Translations under genes and position numbers: made by a program | The notes under the pieces: model-generated | The model's database searches: none | Told to the model about the DNA's origin: nothing | The model's input: only the letters and a program-made list of their open reading frames with translations | In this document: piece by piece, positions 36,001 to 51,000 of the stretch | How positions within the stretch are numbered: the stretch's first letter is position 1 | Layout: each line of letters opens with the position of its first letter | NCBI RefSeq assembly: GCF_963921235.1 | Contig: NC_086107.1 | Location: 95,916,001-95,980,000, forward strand | Reading direction: 5' to 3' | From: Mobula hypostoma | Lineage: Eukaryota | Length of the DNA stretch: 64,000 bases

Positions 36001-39000
36001 TTATATTGAGGCAGGCCATAGATCTGCCATTACCCTGGGTAAAGGCTGCGGAGGTGAGTGTGTGATGTGGGCTGTCACACCTCAGTCATGTTCTAACTTG
36101 GTGCCTTGGTCTACAGTGAAAGGACAGCAGGGATCTCCGACCTACTGCCTGAACTGCTCAGCTGCCACGTCCTCTTGCAGCAGCCTACAGGAGCACCACG
36201 CCACGGTGAGTAGCTTCTCGTTGGCGTGCCCTACGTGCAGCCGTCGGCCCACTCCCTGTGTGTTTCTTGTGACGTAACCCTCTCACGCACCCGTCAGCAC
36301 CCCAAACCTCCACCCTGCATCCCCAACCCCCATCACATGCACGTACTCGGGATAGCTCACGATGGGCCATTAACCCACCAACCCGCGTGTCTGTGGGACC
36401 TTGGAGGAAACCGAAGTGGCCTTCATCGGGAGAAGTTGAAATTGAAATATCTTTACTGTCATTGCATAGTACAGTTGTCATGCACCAATACAGCGAAAAT
36501 GAGTTTGCAACTCTCATACTCAATGCTATAAAAAATAAATAAAATAAATAAACAATAAATAAAATCAAGTAACCAGCCAGTACAAGCAATGTCCAGCAGT
36601 ACAAAAGCACAACTCAGGTGCATGACATCCATAAAACCAGTATTAAAGTAGCAATATAACAAATTATGGATGATGCTTGATCGATTGGTTCGGAGCAATT
36701 ATAGCTCTGGGGAAAAAGCTATTTTTCAGTCTAGAAGTGTGGGCATAGAAAATCTTATAACGTCCGCCAGATGGAAGAAGTTCAAACAGATGATTGCATG
36801 GGTGTGTATTGTCCTTACAGATGCTTGTAGCTTTCCTTAGGCAGCGTGAGCTGTAGGTGTCCTCCAGGGCTGGGAGCTGTGTCCTGATGATCTTCTGTGC
36901 GCTAGAGACGGCCTGCTGAAGTGCTTTCTTATCAGCTGCTGTACAACTGAGATACCACACAGAGATGCAGTATGTTAAGTTGCTCTCTGTGGTGCAGCGG
37001 TAAAAGGTCACCAGCATCTGTTCAGGTAGACCAGCTTTCTTCAGTGCAAAACTCCTCATAGACGGCCTGTGAGGGCCAGGTCGTGCCTGGGTTTCTGGAG
37101 ACATGAGGCAGCGGCACCCCTGTGGGTTTGATGGTGGGGCGGGGGGAGAGGCAGAGGATGCAGCTTGGCCCAGCACAATGATGGCCAACATTGACAGAGG
37201 GGTTACTTCACATGCCAGCTCCGGCCGCAGTGACAGTGATGTTCTTCTTTGAGATGTCCTTGCTGGTCGGGAGGGTTGCACCCGTGGTGAAGCTGCTGGA
37301 TCTACAATCCTCTGCAGCCTCTTGCAACCCCTTCCATTGGACCTTCCATACCAGGCCATGATGCAACCAGTCAGAATGCTCTCCACCGTGCTGGAGTCTT
37401 TGGTGACAGACCAAATTTCCTCAAACTCCAAATGAAGTATAATCATTGGCATGCCTTCTTCATGATTTCATTGAGGTGTTGGGCCCAAAACTGATCCTCT
37501 GAGATGCTTGGCGCCCAAGGATTTGACGCTGCTCAGCTTTTCCACCACTGGCCCCTCAGCGAGGGTTGATGCGTGTGCCCACTGACTTCCAGATTCCAGA
37601 GGAAACTGAGTTGTTTTCTCTGGAGTGTTGGACGCTGAAGGGACAACTGATAGACGTCTATAAGATTGTGAGACACACAGACAGAGGCAAAAGCTGTATC
37701 TTTTACCCAGGATCAAACTGTATAATACTAGAAAACAAGCTTTTAGGGTGAGAGAGGTAAATTTAAGGAAATGTTTGGGGCAAGTTTTTTTTTACACCGA
37801 GTGGTAGGTGCCTGGAATGCACTACCAGGGGTGTTTTGTGGAGGTATATATGATAGAGCTGTTTAAGAGGCTCTGAGATAGACACATGCATGTGCAGAGA
37901 ATGGAGGGATGTGGATTTTGCATAGGCATAACGAATTAGTTAGGCATTTAACTACTACAGTAGATTCTGATTAATTGGGACACATCAGGACCAGTACATT
38001 TTGGCCCAATTAGCCGAAGTTTCATGGAAATAGTTTTTTTAAAAAAAGGTATAAAAAAGACAAACTGAGTAACAAATTATGCATTTTAATGAAATACCGA
38101 AAAAATTAGAACACTACCATGAGTTTTATAGACTACTATAAAACTATTTAATAGTTATCAATCGAGGAATTCATGCAGTGTACACAATGAACAAAGTCAA
38201 CACAGCCACCGAGTGTTGATAATGGACTGCCTTCGTACAAGGCTATCAACGATTACATCTTCCAAATCTTCATTTTCATTGTAACATTCAAGATAATTGT
38301 CGATACCTTCAAATTCTTCGTAGTTCCTAACTTGTAGAAGTAGTGAAATTGTTCCTTTTCCACTCACGGCCGTTTTTGGCATCTCCAAGCCTGAATGCTT
38401 GAAGCTGCAGCAAGCAAAACAATTTGAATTATCTTGCTGCTAATTTCTCACCAACTATCAGTGGCCAAAAAAAAAAGTTTTCTTGAACGCAAACTCATGC
38501 AACTGACTCTATTTAAAAACTGCTCACTGTAAGCTCGATGTGGCATCTAAGGGCCACACAAGTGCCTTTAGTAGCAGACAGAATGGACCCAGTCTGCGTT
38601 GGATCTCACTGATGTAGAGGGGGCTGCATCGGGAGCATGATAGATGACCCTGACAGACTCATGGGTGAAGTGTCACCTCACCTGGAAGGACTGTTTGGGG
38701 CCCAGTGGCGAGAGAGGAGGTGTAGGGGCAGGTGTAGCACATGGCACATTTGCAGGATAAGTACCAGGAGGGAGAACAATGGACAAGGGAGTGCCTCCCC
38801 TTCTCCCTTTTACCATTCCCCATTCTGGTTCCCCTGTTGCTCCTTCTCTTCACCTGCCCCTCACCTTCCTCTGTTGCCCCTTCTTCCTTTCTCCTATGGT
38901 CCCCCGTCCTCTCCTATCAGATTCCTCCTTCAGTCCTTTACCTCTTCCACCCATCACCTCCCAGCTTCTTTCTTCATTCCCCCTCCATCACCCACCCATC

Positions 39001-42000
39001 TGCCTCCTCACCTGGTCTCACCTGTCACCTGCCAGTTTGTACTCCATCCTTTATTCTGGCTTTGTCCCTCTTCCTTTCCAGTCCTGATGAAGGGTCTTAG
39101 CCCAAAACGCGGACTGTCTATTCCTCTCTGTAGACGCCACCTGACTTGCAGATCTCCCCCAGCATTTGGCTGGTGTTGCTCTGAAGGAATTGGTTTCTTT
39201 AGATGAAACCCTTCTAACATTTTAAACCCCTCTGTCAGGCCACCCTGCCATCGCCTCTCCATCTGGAGAAAGTTGTTGAACACTGGACTGCTTGAGCACA
39301 GCCATCGTCAGTATGCAAATAGTAAGTAAATGCATCAGCTGAGGAGCTGTGGGAGGGCCATGGGGCAGGAATATTGGGGACCAAAGTATTGCTTCTAGGG
39401 TTTTAATGGCTAACCTTGCTTTATTTGTCCCAGGCATTTTGGAAGTCACATACCTTCAGTATCCGCTAACGTGGATTCTTCCATTTGCCCTCAGATATGG
39501 AAATGTGAATTCTGCAACCATAGCAATGTCATGGATTATCGGTTTAGCAAAGACACGTGCAGCGATGACCAGCTGTATATTCACATCCCAGACCCGGTGA
39601 TCTCCACGGATAGCGATGATCCGGTGGTTGTGTTCTGCGTGGACATCTCTGGCAGTATGAGTGTGACGTTCGAGGTAAGGGGACTTTGACGAAGGGAGAC
39701 CGCACTTTCTCCCGGTGCCGCAGGTCGTTGACAAGCCGCGCGTGGGTCACGCATTCGGAAAGTAACGCAGCGTGGAAGCAGGCCGTTCAGCCCAACTCAT
39801 CCATGCAGCCCAAGGTGCTTAATTCCATGCGTCTGTGTTTGTTCCATATCCCTCTGGGACCTTCTCAACCCATGAACCTGTGTAAATGTCTTTGAACTGT
39901 TGTAATTGTACACCTCTCTGCATTTCCTCTGGCAGCTCATCCCATACCTCCATCACCCTCTGTGTGGAATAAATTGTCACTTGGGTCCCCTATAAATCTC
40001 TCCCCTTTCACTTTAAACCCTGGGGAAAAAGGCTGTGCTTCTTCATCTTATCTATGCCCTTCATGATTTTGTAAACCTCCATAAAGTCAGCCCTCAGCAT
40101 TCTTCACTCCAGGGAAAACAACCCCAGCTGATCTAGTGTCTTCTTGCAATTCAAGCCCTCCAGTCCTGTGGTGATCAAAGAGTTCAGCTACAAGGTTATG
40201 CCTAGAATGGAGGTTGGGAAGAGGTTTCACTGCCCAAGATTGAGCGGGTTTAGAGCAGGAGCTGCTTAATGGTATTGGTTCATGGATTAATGAAAGGCTG
40301 GGGACTCCTGGCTTAGAGGGAGATTGTGTGAAGACTGTTTTAAATGATGGGGAAAGATTTGATGTGGTGGGCTGGTGGAACGTGAGGAAGATCCTTGTTT
40401 TAAAGCCAAGCTATAAGTTGAGCGGTGAAAACAGCCGCTGAATGTTAATACTTAATAGAGGCTATTGTGCCCAACTTGTCTGTGCTGACCCTCTCTAGAA
40501 TGAGCTCATTCCCATGCTCTTTTACCACATCCCTGCAAATTATTTTCCATCAAGTACCTAACCAATTCCTTTGGAAAGTTCAGACCGACACAGTGGACCA
40601 ATTTGCCTGTTATTCTGATCTTCAGCCAGGGCTTATGCCATCTAGTTAAGGCTTTGCATTTGTAGCAAATAAGCTGTTGGCAAGGGTTTTGTATAGACAT
40701 GTGTGACCGCCACACTTGTCTTTCCAGGATGGAGACCACTCTTCTGGTAGAGAATGCCCCCGTGGCAAAGACGTGACTCTGTGGATGAGGGGTTTCCCCA
40801 GCTCTCCCTGCAGGACAGTGCAATGACATCCATACTCCTACACCAGAACATCACCAGTAGGTCTGACTGCACATTAAGGCTAACCCTGTCTGTACTGCCC
40901 CCATCCCAGGTACCACCTGTGGAGATGTGATGCGATGCATGCTGGATCTGAATTATTTTGTGTCTTACTTTGTTCTGGGAAGGTTTTAACTCTGCCTCAA
41001 GGAAAGTTTTAATGATCCTAACTTTTTTTTTTGCAGCAGGTGACTGGAAAGAGCAACAACAAATCCCTCTACATATCCAGGTTACAGGTATGAAGCTACC
41101 AGCCAGAAATGTCAGCTTGGTGGGCCATGCTGCGGCCCTTGTCCTCAGTCACAGTATCGTACAGCACTGAAACAGGCCCTTCAGCTCATTCTGTCCATGC
41201 TGACCCTTCTTGTCCACCTGCCCAATGCATCTATTGATGGGATATTCGGGAGCCGGTGCTTTCACTATGCTCTGATAATTGGTCGCATTGGTGAACACCA
41301 AAGTGTCTGCAGTCTGGATATAGAACAAAACAAGAGCTCACTCGCTCTTCAGCCATGGGTAGTAGTGTTCTCTACCCAAGGTACTCCGTCCGTGAGAAGC
41401 TGGAGACCGAGTTTAACAGGGTTGTAGCACTTTAAGTGGGTTGATGTATTTGAGTTTGTTCAAGGAGGTGGAACTACAGATCAAGGCCAGCCATGATCTC
41501 ACTAAGTGGGGAGAGGGGCTGATGGCTGAATTCTACCTCGTACCTTTTCAATGGTCTGACACCTGCCTCCTGGAGCAGTGAGTGTCTGGGTGGGAAAATA
41601 AATGTTCAGGGTGGGAGAAAGTCAGTATTTGCAGGTAATTGAAAGTAAGAGTCAGGAAACAAACTTTCAATTGTGGAAAAACTTCTAAGGGAACTAGTAA
41701 AACTAGAGGGAAGTTAAATGTGTGGAACAAATCCCAAAGTCATCAGTCTTTTTGTGTTTTTTTTAAATTACCAAAATAATATTGAAGTTTTTACTTTTTT
41801 TTGTGAACAAGAGGTTGTGCCCACAGTGAGGACCTAGCCATTGCGGAATGCCTTGAGCAGGAATGCGGGAATTAACCCAGGCCAGGTGGTCAAGACATAC
41901 GGGGCCTCGGCCATATGCCAGCTCGACCTGTAAATGGTTACCGTGGCAAAGGTTCCCTCCACTGGCCCGTACCCTCCGCACAGATCTGATGCTTCAGGGA

Positions 42001-45000
42001 GAAAACACTTCAAAAGAAGCTCCCGTCCTTCCTCATAGTCATAATTCATTTATCTGGTAATCTTGGTAGCAACCGATCAGGGCGTGAAGGGTGATGTATT
42101 AATGACAAGGGGAGTTGGGTCAGCTGTACTATTGAAGTTATTTGCCTGCCAGCACCCATGCAATGTAGTGTTTCTGATAATCAACCTGCTCAGGTCTTTG
42201 ACGTTTTTTTGGCTTTACTGTGAATGCCCACAAGAAAATGAATGAAATATATAGTACTTTGATAATAAATGTACTTTGAACTTTAAACATATCTCACTGG
42301 GTCTGGGGTGGTGCTGTGCTCTGTTGCAGGCTGTCCAAGAGGCAGTGAACCAGTCACTCGACTATCTGTTTGAAACGTCACCCAGGACAAGAGTTGCTTT
42401 GGTTACTTTCAACAATGAGGTAGGTAAAGAGGAGTGAGCTGCCCAGATACCTCCCCGTAACGTCTGTTGGGAGACACGTCTCCTGTGCAGTCGTTGACCG
42501 TTGCTCCCTTGCTTCTTGACCGCGGGGTTGTGGGAACAAGTGCTGGGTTCTTTGAGGGCTCCTGCTCACGTGGACAAAGGCTTTACTCTCTTGGAGCCAG
42601 TCAGCCTGTTGAACTTTGCTCTGTGCTTCACACTTCCCTTTGACGTAGGAAGAAGTGGTTATGCACCGAGTCTGCTGGTTCTCCCAGAAGCTACGTTACT
42701 TCGCCCCACTGTAAATGCTTCTCTCACACCAGCCCACCAATTCTCTGCTGCTTCCCCTCCCAGCCACCCATAGTGGGCTTCCTTAATCGCAGCCGATGAC
42801 CCTGCAAGCCGGCATGGTTTTGGAACGTTAGAGGGATGTCTGGGGAAGCCTGTGTGTTCAGAGAGAGAACATTTCAAGCCCTCACAGGCTGTGACAGGGG
42901 TCTTATGTCTGGTCAGGCAGCTGTGCCACATGCCCACCCACGCTGATGATGCTGCAGTCCAGGAAGATGACTTGCTTCTAGATCGTATCTGCACAGCACT
43001 GCTGGGAGCTGTGGTCTGCGACTCACTGAGGTCATAGGTGGGCTTAAACAGCTGAGGTGTTTGGGGCTGTCTTGTCTGAGGTTAACCAGGGTGCGTTCCA
43101 TAACTGAGCAAAGTTTCCAGTGGCCTTCGACCAGAGTCACTGAAGATCAATCATCGTGTCAGTGATGGAGACACAAGTGCAGACTCTGGAACCTGGAACG
43201 TAGAGAGTCTGCTGTTGGAACTCAACGGAATGAGCACCATTTGTGTTGAGACCCTGCATTAGAGTCCTTCTCTCGGTACCCTCTCCCAATGTTGTTAGAG
43301 CTCTCTCTCTCTCTCACATTTCTCCATTTCCCAGACTTCTGCTGTCCCTTCAGATTCCCCTGGTCCTCACCTTCCACCCAACGAGCCTCCACACCCAGCT
43401 CATCATCCTTCATCCTGTCTGTCAGCTTCAGCAACAGTCCACCGCCAACCACCTATCTCCAGTCTGCAGGGATCACTCTCTCTGTGACTCCCTGCTCCCC
43501 TCATCCCTACCCACCCACGCCTCCCTGACCCTCCAACCATCAGAGATGTAATACCTGTCTCTATATCTCCTCCCTCGCCACCATCCAGGGATCTGAACAG
43601 CCCTTCCAAGTGAAGCAAAGGTTCATGTGTATCATCTCTAACCTAATCTACTGCCTTTGGTGTTCCTGATGTGGCTTCCCCTACATCAGTGACACCAAAC
43701 AAAGACTGGACAACGAGAGAGCAGCTACACTCAGTCTGTGACCCCCATCCCAAGCTCCCAGTTATATGCCATATCATCTCACCTTCCTGCTTCCACACCC
43801 AGCTGTCCATCCTTGACCTTATCCACCACCAGGTAAGAATCATGCCAAAGTGGAGGGACAATACCTCGTATTCTGCCTGGATGGTGCACAGCCCAATAGG
43901 ATAAAGATTGAGTTCTTCGATTTAGGCAGTGCTTGCCTGCACTGTCTCCCCAGCTTCTGATCCTGCTCTAGTCATCCCATTTTTGTCCAGTTCCTCGTAC
44001 ACCCCACCAGCTTCCCCCCTCTATCTGCCCAATTTCACCCCTCTCTCCTCCTGGTTTCATCCACCTCCAACCCACACACTTCGCCCTCATCTCCCCTCCC
44101 ACAGCCAGTTCCACCTGCCCTTTGTCTTTCCCCTGGGGTTCCGACTATCAGCTCCCTCAGTTACCAGATTCCAGCACTGGGAGCCTTTGTGTCCTCACCT
44201 ATCACCCACCTGCATCTGTCTCCACCTTAGACCCTCCTTTCCCCTCACCCAGCTCCACCTGCCTCCACCTCTCACCCACCCACCTCTGACTCCCAGCTCC
44301 ACCTCTCCCACTCGCCCACATGACTCCATCTGGCCGTCATCTATAACCGGTCCTCCGTCCACCAATCACCGATTATCCCCAGCCCCACCCCGTCCCTCTC
44401 TTCTTTACACTGACTACCTTCCCTCTTCACTCTCAGTCCTGATGCAGGGCCTCGGCCCAAAACATCGACAGTTCCTTCCCCCTCGGCTGCGTCCTGACCC
44501 GCTGAGTTTCTGCAACTGACTGCTTGTTCCTTCAGGCAAGGGACAAATGAGACACATGGGTGCACTGGAAGGGTTGCTGGATTGTGAGCTTTCTTTTCTG
44601 GTCCAATTTGCATAAAAGGAACCGCAGATCTTCACGTTGACCACATCCAAGGCTTTAATCAGAAACTGCAAACCCACCCAGCTTTTGCTGAAGGGAAGTT
44701 CTTGAACTGTCCTTATGATCAAACCACACAGGCGGGGCTCTGACACCATTCAAACCCACACTGTGTTTGGTAGAATGGTGGTGGTTGTCCATCGTGTCCG
44801 ATGATGATGAGAAACCTGTGTGGGAGAGTTTTTAAAGTGGGAAAGCCGTTGCACTCCTCGACATTGGAAGTCCGGGTCCAGTAGTACGAATAAGCATCAC
44901 AAACAAGGGTTTTCATTAGTTGCAGTGAATGACCGTGACGGCTTCTGTGCCTCGTCGAGCCCTTCACTCCCACACAGCGTTGCGTTACCACCGTCCTAAC

Positions 45001-48000
45001 CTTTGCCGATCCCATCCGCCCAGTCCGCCAGAGCTAACTTCGCATGCTACGACAGGCATGTCCCTCTCTCATCGGGGCATGATGCCTCCAGCCACCCTCA
45101 CCTGGTTTATCCCGCCTGTTGAAGTGGTGTCATGTGCAAACCGGAGATGCTACCCCTCTTTGGGGTACACCCAAACTGGCAGAATAGAAATGACCTTGTG
45201 TAAAGGGGAGGGCAGCAAGATTTGGGGTGGAGGCTCTAGGGCCTAAGGCCAGATTTTAGCCATGTGTAGTGCAGGACCAAATATAACCTCCGTATGAGTC
45301 TGTGTTTCAGGCAGAGTGATTCACCGCAGGGCTGGAGGTGGGGCACACGAATCTGAAACCAAGCCATTTCTGTTCCCCTCAGGTGTTTGTGGTTCAGCAG
45401 AGCCAGAACTAATGTTTCCATTGTTTCCTGGAATAAAGTCTCTGAACTCTTCACCCTCAGTCCTGCTGCTCTTAATTTGAATCAGTCATACAGTAGATGC
45501 AAACCTGAACATGGGTGACATATGCTTTTCCATCCAGTGGTGTCCTAATGCGGCTTTAAATGTATCATTTGAATTCCCTGCACAGAAAGACACCACTGGG
45601 TCCTCTCACCCTCCCGTTCTACACACCTCAGAATCAGAATCAGGTTTAATATCACCGGCATGTGACGTGAAATTTGTTAACTTAGCAGCAGCAATTCAAT
45701 GCAATACATAATCTAACAGAGAGAAAATAAATAAATAAAATAATAATAATAAATGAATAAGTAAACCAATTACATATATTGAATAGATTTTTTTTAAACG
45801 TGCAAAAACAGAAATACTGTATATTTAAAAAAAACAATGTGAGATAGTGTCCAAGGATTTAATGTCTATTTAGGAATCGGGTGGCAGAGGGGAAGAAGCT
45901 GTTCCTGAATCACTGAGTGTGTGCCTTCAGGCTTCTGTATCTCCTACCTGATGGTAACAGTGAGAAAAGGGCATGTCCTGGGTCCTGGGTGCTTCCTCTC
46001 CCTTCGTTCCCCATTACCTTTCCCAGAACCAAACTGTCCCCTGGCAGCAAATCCCGTGTTTTCTTGATCAGAATCAGATTTAATACCACTGGCATATGTC
46101 GTGAAATTTGTTGTGTGGCAGCAGTAAATTGCAAAGCATAATAAACTGTAAATTACAGTATATTAAAAAAAGTTAAATTAGTAGTGCGAAAAGGGAGGAA
46201 AATAAAAAAAGTAGTGAGGTTTTGTTCATGGGTTCAATGTCCACTCAGAAATCAGATGGCAGAGGGGAAGAAGCTGTTCTGAATCACTGCGTGTGTGCCT
46301 TCAGGCTCCTGTACCTCCTTCCTGATGGTAGCAACGAGAAGAGGGCATGTCCTGGGTGGTGGGGATCCTTAGTGATGGACGCCACCTTTTTGAGGCATCG
46401 CACCTTGACGATGTGCTGGATGCTGGGGAGGCTGGTGCCCATGATGGAGCTGACTGAGTTCACAACTTTCTGCAGCTTATTTCAATCCTGTACGGTAGCC
46501 CCCCCCACCAACCCGTCCCCAATACCAGACAGTGATGCAGCCAGTCAGAATGCTCTCCACAGTACTTCTGTAGAAATTTGCGAGTGTCTTTGGTGACATC
46601 CCAAATTTCCTCAAATTCCCAATGAAACAGTCGCTGTCATGTCTTCTTTGTAACTGCATAGATACGTTGGACCCAGGATAGACCCTCAGAGATGTTGACA
46701 CTCATAAACTTGAAACTGCTCACCCTTTCCACTTCTAGTTCTCGATGAGGTGATTGCTGTCTCGCCTTGCCCCTTCTGAAATCCACAATCAAATCTTTGG
46801 TCTTACTGACATTGAGTGCAAGATTGACGTTGAAGTCGATTTGCTGGCTAAAGCTGTTTCTACTAGTTTCTCTGACTGAGTTGAGAGGGACGCCAGTCAC
46901 TGTGCTGCAAGGGCTTCTCTGAGAAGTCGTTCAGTCAGCTTCACTGAGTCCTACAGAGTCGTACAACGAGGAAGCAGATGCTCTGGCTCAGCCTTGAATG
47001 ATTTTGCCTTGGTCCTGTAAATTTTTCTGCTTCCTCTCAACGCCCATCTGCTGTAAATCCACCAACTTCCCTCCGTCCTCCAAGCTTACCACCAGTCCTC
47101 CTTGTGATTCTCTGTTCCAGCGCTTCCATCATTAACCGTGCGTTTCCACCCGTCCCCCTAACATCCCAGCCGCTGCCCAGCGCAATGGGACATCACTGTC
47201 CTTTCCCTGTCCACCCAAACAGGTTGTGCTGCCTTCCTGACTTTAATGCTGCACCACGGGTGCCTTACCCTGTCTCAATCGTGCACTCCAGAAATCCCTC
47301 ACTAACCCTGTCTGCTCCCTCCTCCCGGTTCCTACTCAGGTGCCAAGATGAGGGCCCCCCCCCCGGGGTAGAGGAGCAACACCTTGTATATTCTGTCTGG
47401 GTAGCCTCCAACCTGATGGCATGAATATCGATTTCTCCTTCCAATAAAAAAAATTTCTCTACTCCCCATCACTGTTCCTCTATTCCCTACTCTGACTTTT
47501 ACCTCTTCTCACCTGCCTATTACTTTCCCCTGGGTCTCCTCCTTCCCTTTCTCCTATGGGCCACTCTTCCCTCCTATCACATTCCTATTTCCCTTGACTT
47601 TACCACCGACCTGGCTTCACCTAACACCTTCCAACTGGCCTCTTTCGCTCCCCTCCCCCCCCATCACCATTTTATTCTGGCATCTTCCCCCTTCCTTCTC
47701 AGTCCTGAAGAAGGGTCTCAGCCTGAAACGTTGACTGTTTATTCATTTTCATAGATGCTGCCTGGCCTGCTGAGTTCCTGCAGCATTTTGTGTGCGTGTT
47801 GCTTTAGATTTCCAGCATCTGCAGACTTCCTTGCGTGTATTTTCTCCAGATGTATTCCGAGCCTGTAGATCATAATGCACAAGTCTCGATATTACCAGCC
47901 TCCTTGTCGTGTGGAGTCCAGGGCTCAGATGACCCCACCAGAGTTTCCCAGCATGACGTCTGCTCTCCGGTGCAGGATCTGTAGATCCATCCATTCCAAG

Positions 48001-51000
48001 GGCCCCAGGATCCTGGAGGTCCTCTTGTATCTTCAGACCACTCCCTTCATATGTTTGTCACAGAGTCGTACAGCATAGGAATGGGCCATTTGGCCCATCC
48101 TCTCTATACTAACCCTATCTCTCGGCATTAATTCCATGCCTCTCCATGCATTGCTCTTTCAAGCACCTGTCTCGATACCTCTCAAGTGACATTGCTGTCC
48201 CTTCCTCCATCACCTTCTCGGGCACCTCCCCCCAGGTAACATCTGCTCTGTGTGAGAAACTCGGTCCCCAAATCACTTTAAACCTTCTGCCCCTCGCCAT
48301 AAACCTATACCTTCCTGTTTTAGATACGCCTATCACAGGAAACTGCCCCAGGCTATCGACCTTATCTGCTCCTCTCACAGTTTTATCTACCTCGATCAAG
48401 TCATCTCTCATTCTCCTCTGTTCCGGGGAAAGTAGACCCAGCCTGTCCAATCTCTAGCTGATGACTCTAACCCTCCAGTCCGGGGCAACCTCTTTGTGGA
48501 TCTCTTCAGCAGCATCTGTGGTTTAACCTCATCCTTTGCTGTGGTGTGGTGACCGGAATTGCACACAATACTGTGACAGTAGCCAGTTTGTTACTGGTTT
48601 GTCCCAGATCACCACGAATGTGAGTACAGGTAGCTACCGCGTCCCAGTGAAGTCTGACAGACTACTTTGATCCCCAATAAATTATCTCAGCCCCATAACC
48701 GAACTCTTCTAAATTTGATCGGTTTCTCAGGTAACAATCTATGGGGACGGGCTGGGCACTCCGCGGACCCTGGAGGACTTTGAATTAATCGATCAGGAGT
48801 ACCTGAAGACGAAGGGGGCCGAGGAGGCCCTGCCACAGTGTATCTCGGACAGCAGAGATGCTCTCCGTCGCAGGGTGCAGCTGTGAGTATCCGTCATCCC
48901 TGGGAATTGGATCTGTGTCCCGCTGGAAGTGAGAATGACGGCTATGGCCACTATTAACACGAACGGATGTGACTGGGGATTTCCCCACCAATCAGCATCC
49001 ACAGGGAATAACTGCTGTGATTAGCTTCCAGAAGAACAATTCAGTGCTCTTGGCTCTTCGCCAGCCTGGCTGACCACCCTGTCCACACTCTCTCCAACCC
49101 CTTTCTGCTCTCCTAAGCTGTAGACTTGCTGTTGTTTCTTTCATCGTCACTCCTGGCCTTCAGACTAACTCAAGCCAATGACTCCGTCCTCTCTGCAACA
49201 GTCTTCCCTTTAAAACAACACTGACTGTCCCCAGGCGGCGCAACCAGCCTTCAGTAAATGTTTCACCAACATGGTTTGATTCTCCAATCAGCCTTTGATC
49301 AAAGCCCATGTAGACGCATTCCCCACAGGTTTGCATCGGTCTTATTTCAGTATTCCAGAGATTAGCATGTCAAATCAATGGTCTATTACTGTTGTTTAAA
49401 TGAAACACACCTAAAGAGTTGAAGATAACATTGTCCGTAGCTATGGCGATGGTTCATATCCCTTGTTTTCTTGTTTGTTGCAACCATGTTCCTTCTGTGC
49501 TTCAGTGTGAGTGACCTGTCTCCCTGAGAAGGTGTCCGTGCGTGTGTGATCAACCCATCCATCCTCAGGTGTGTTTGTGTTTGTGGGACTTGACCCCCGA
49601 TGTATGTCTGTGTGTGTGTGGGGCCCGGCCCCTAATGAGGGTCGGTGCGTGTGTGGGACTGTCCCCCAGTGAGGGTCAGTGTGTGTGTGGGACTGTCCCT
49701 CAGTGAGGGTCAGTGTGTGTGTGGGACTGTACCCCAGTTGAGGGTCAGTGTGTGTGTGGGACTGTACCCCAGTTGAGGGTCAGTGTGTGTGTGTGTAGGA
49801 CTGTCCCCCAGTGAGGGTCAGTGTGTGTGTGGGACTGTCCCCCAGTGAGGGTCAGTGTGTGTGTGTGTGTGTGTGTGTAGGACTGTCCCCCAGTGAGGGT
49901 CAGTGTGTGTGTGGGACTATCCTCCAGTGAGGGTCAGTGTGTGTGTGTAGGACTGTCCCCCAGTGAGGGTCAGTGTGTGTGTGGGACTGTCCCTCAGTGA
50001 GGGTCAGTGTGTGCGTGGGACTGTACCCCAGTTGAGGGTCAGTGTGTGTGTGGGACTGTCCCCCAGTGAGGGTCAGTGTGTGTGTAGGACTGTCCCTCAG
50101 TGAGGGTCAGTGTGTGTGTGTAGGACTGTCCCTCAGTGAGGGTCAGTGTGTGTGTGTAGGACTGTCCCCCAGTGAGGGTCAGTGTGTGTGTGTAGGACTG
50201 TCCCTCAGTGAGGGTCAGTGTGTGTGTGTAGGACTGTCCCCCAGTGAGGGTCAGTGTGTGTGTGGTGCCCGTCCCCAGTGAAGGTCAGTGTGTGTGTGTG
50301 TAGGACTGTCCCCCAGTGAGGGTCAGTGTGTGTGTGTAGGACTGTCCCCCAGTGAGGGTCAGTGTGTGTGTGTAGGACTGTCCCTCAGTGAGGGTCAGTG
50401 TGTGTGTGTAGGACTGTCCCCCAGTGAAGGTCAGTGTGTGTGTGGGACTGTCCCTCAGTGAGGGTCAGTGTGTGCGTGGGACTGTACCCCAGTTGAGGGT
50501 CAGTGTGTGTGTGGGACTGTACCCCAGTTGAGGGTCAGTGTGTGTGTGGGACTGTCCCCCAGTGAGGGTCAGTGTGTGTGTGTAGGACTGTCCCTCAGTG
50601 AGGGTCAGTGTGTGTGTGTAGGACTGTCCCCCAGTGAGGGTCAGTGTGTGTGTGTAGGACTGTCCCTCAGTGAGGGTCAGTGTGTGTGTGGTGCCCGTCC
50701 CCAGTGAAGGTCAGTGTGTGTGTGTGTAGGACTGTCCCTCAGTGAGGGTCAGTGTGTGTGTGTAGGACTGTCCCTCAGTGAGGGTCAGTGTGTGTGTGTG
50801 TAGGACTGTCCCCCAGTGAGGGTCAGTGTGTGTGTGTAGGACTGTCCCCCAGTGAGGGTCAGTGTGTGTGTGTGGTGCCCGTCCCCAGTGAAGGTCAGTG
50901 TGTGTGTGTGGGGCCTGTTCCCCCAGTGCAGTAGTTTCAGTGTTTGGGGGGGGCAACCCCAGTGAGGGTCAGTGTGTGTGTGGGACTGTACCCCAGTTGA

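Noticed and set aside
34823..36019. 398-aa Pro/Thr/His mucin-like ORF
   Set aside because: Translation of the G-rich minisatellite on the minus strand
40910..40930. Alternative acceptor ccatcccag| before exon 41037
   Set aside because: In-frame TGA after 6 codons; 41037 has better signals and the conserved YISRLQ
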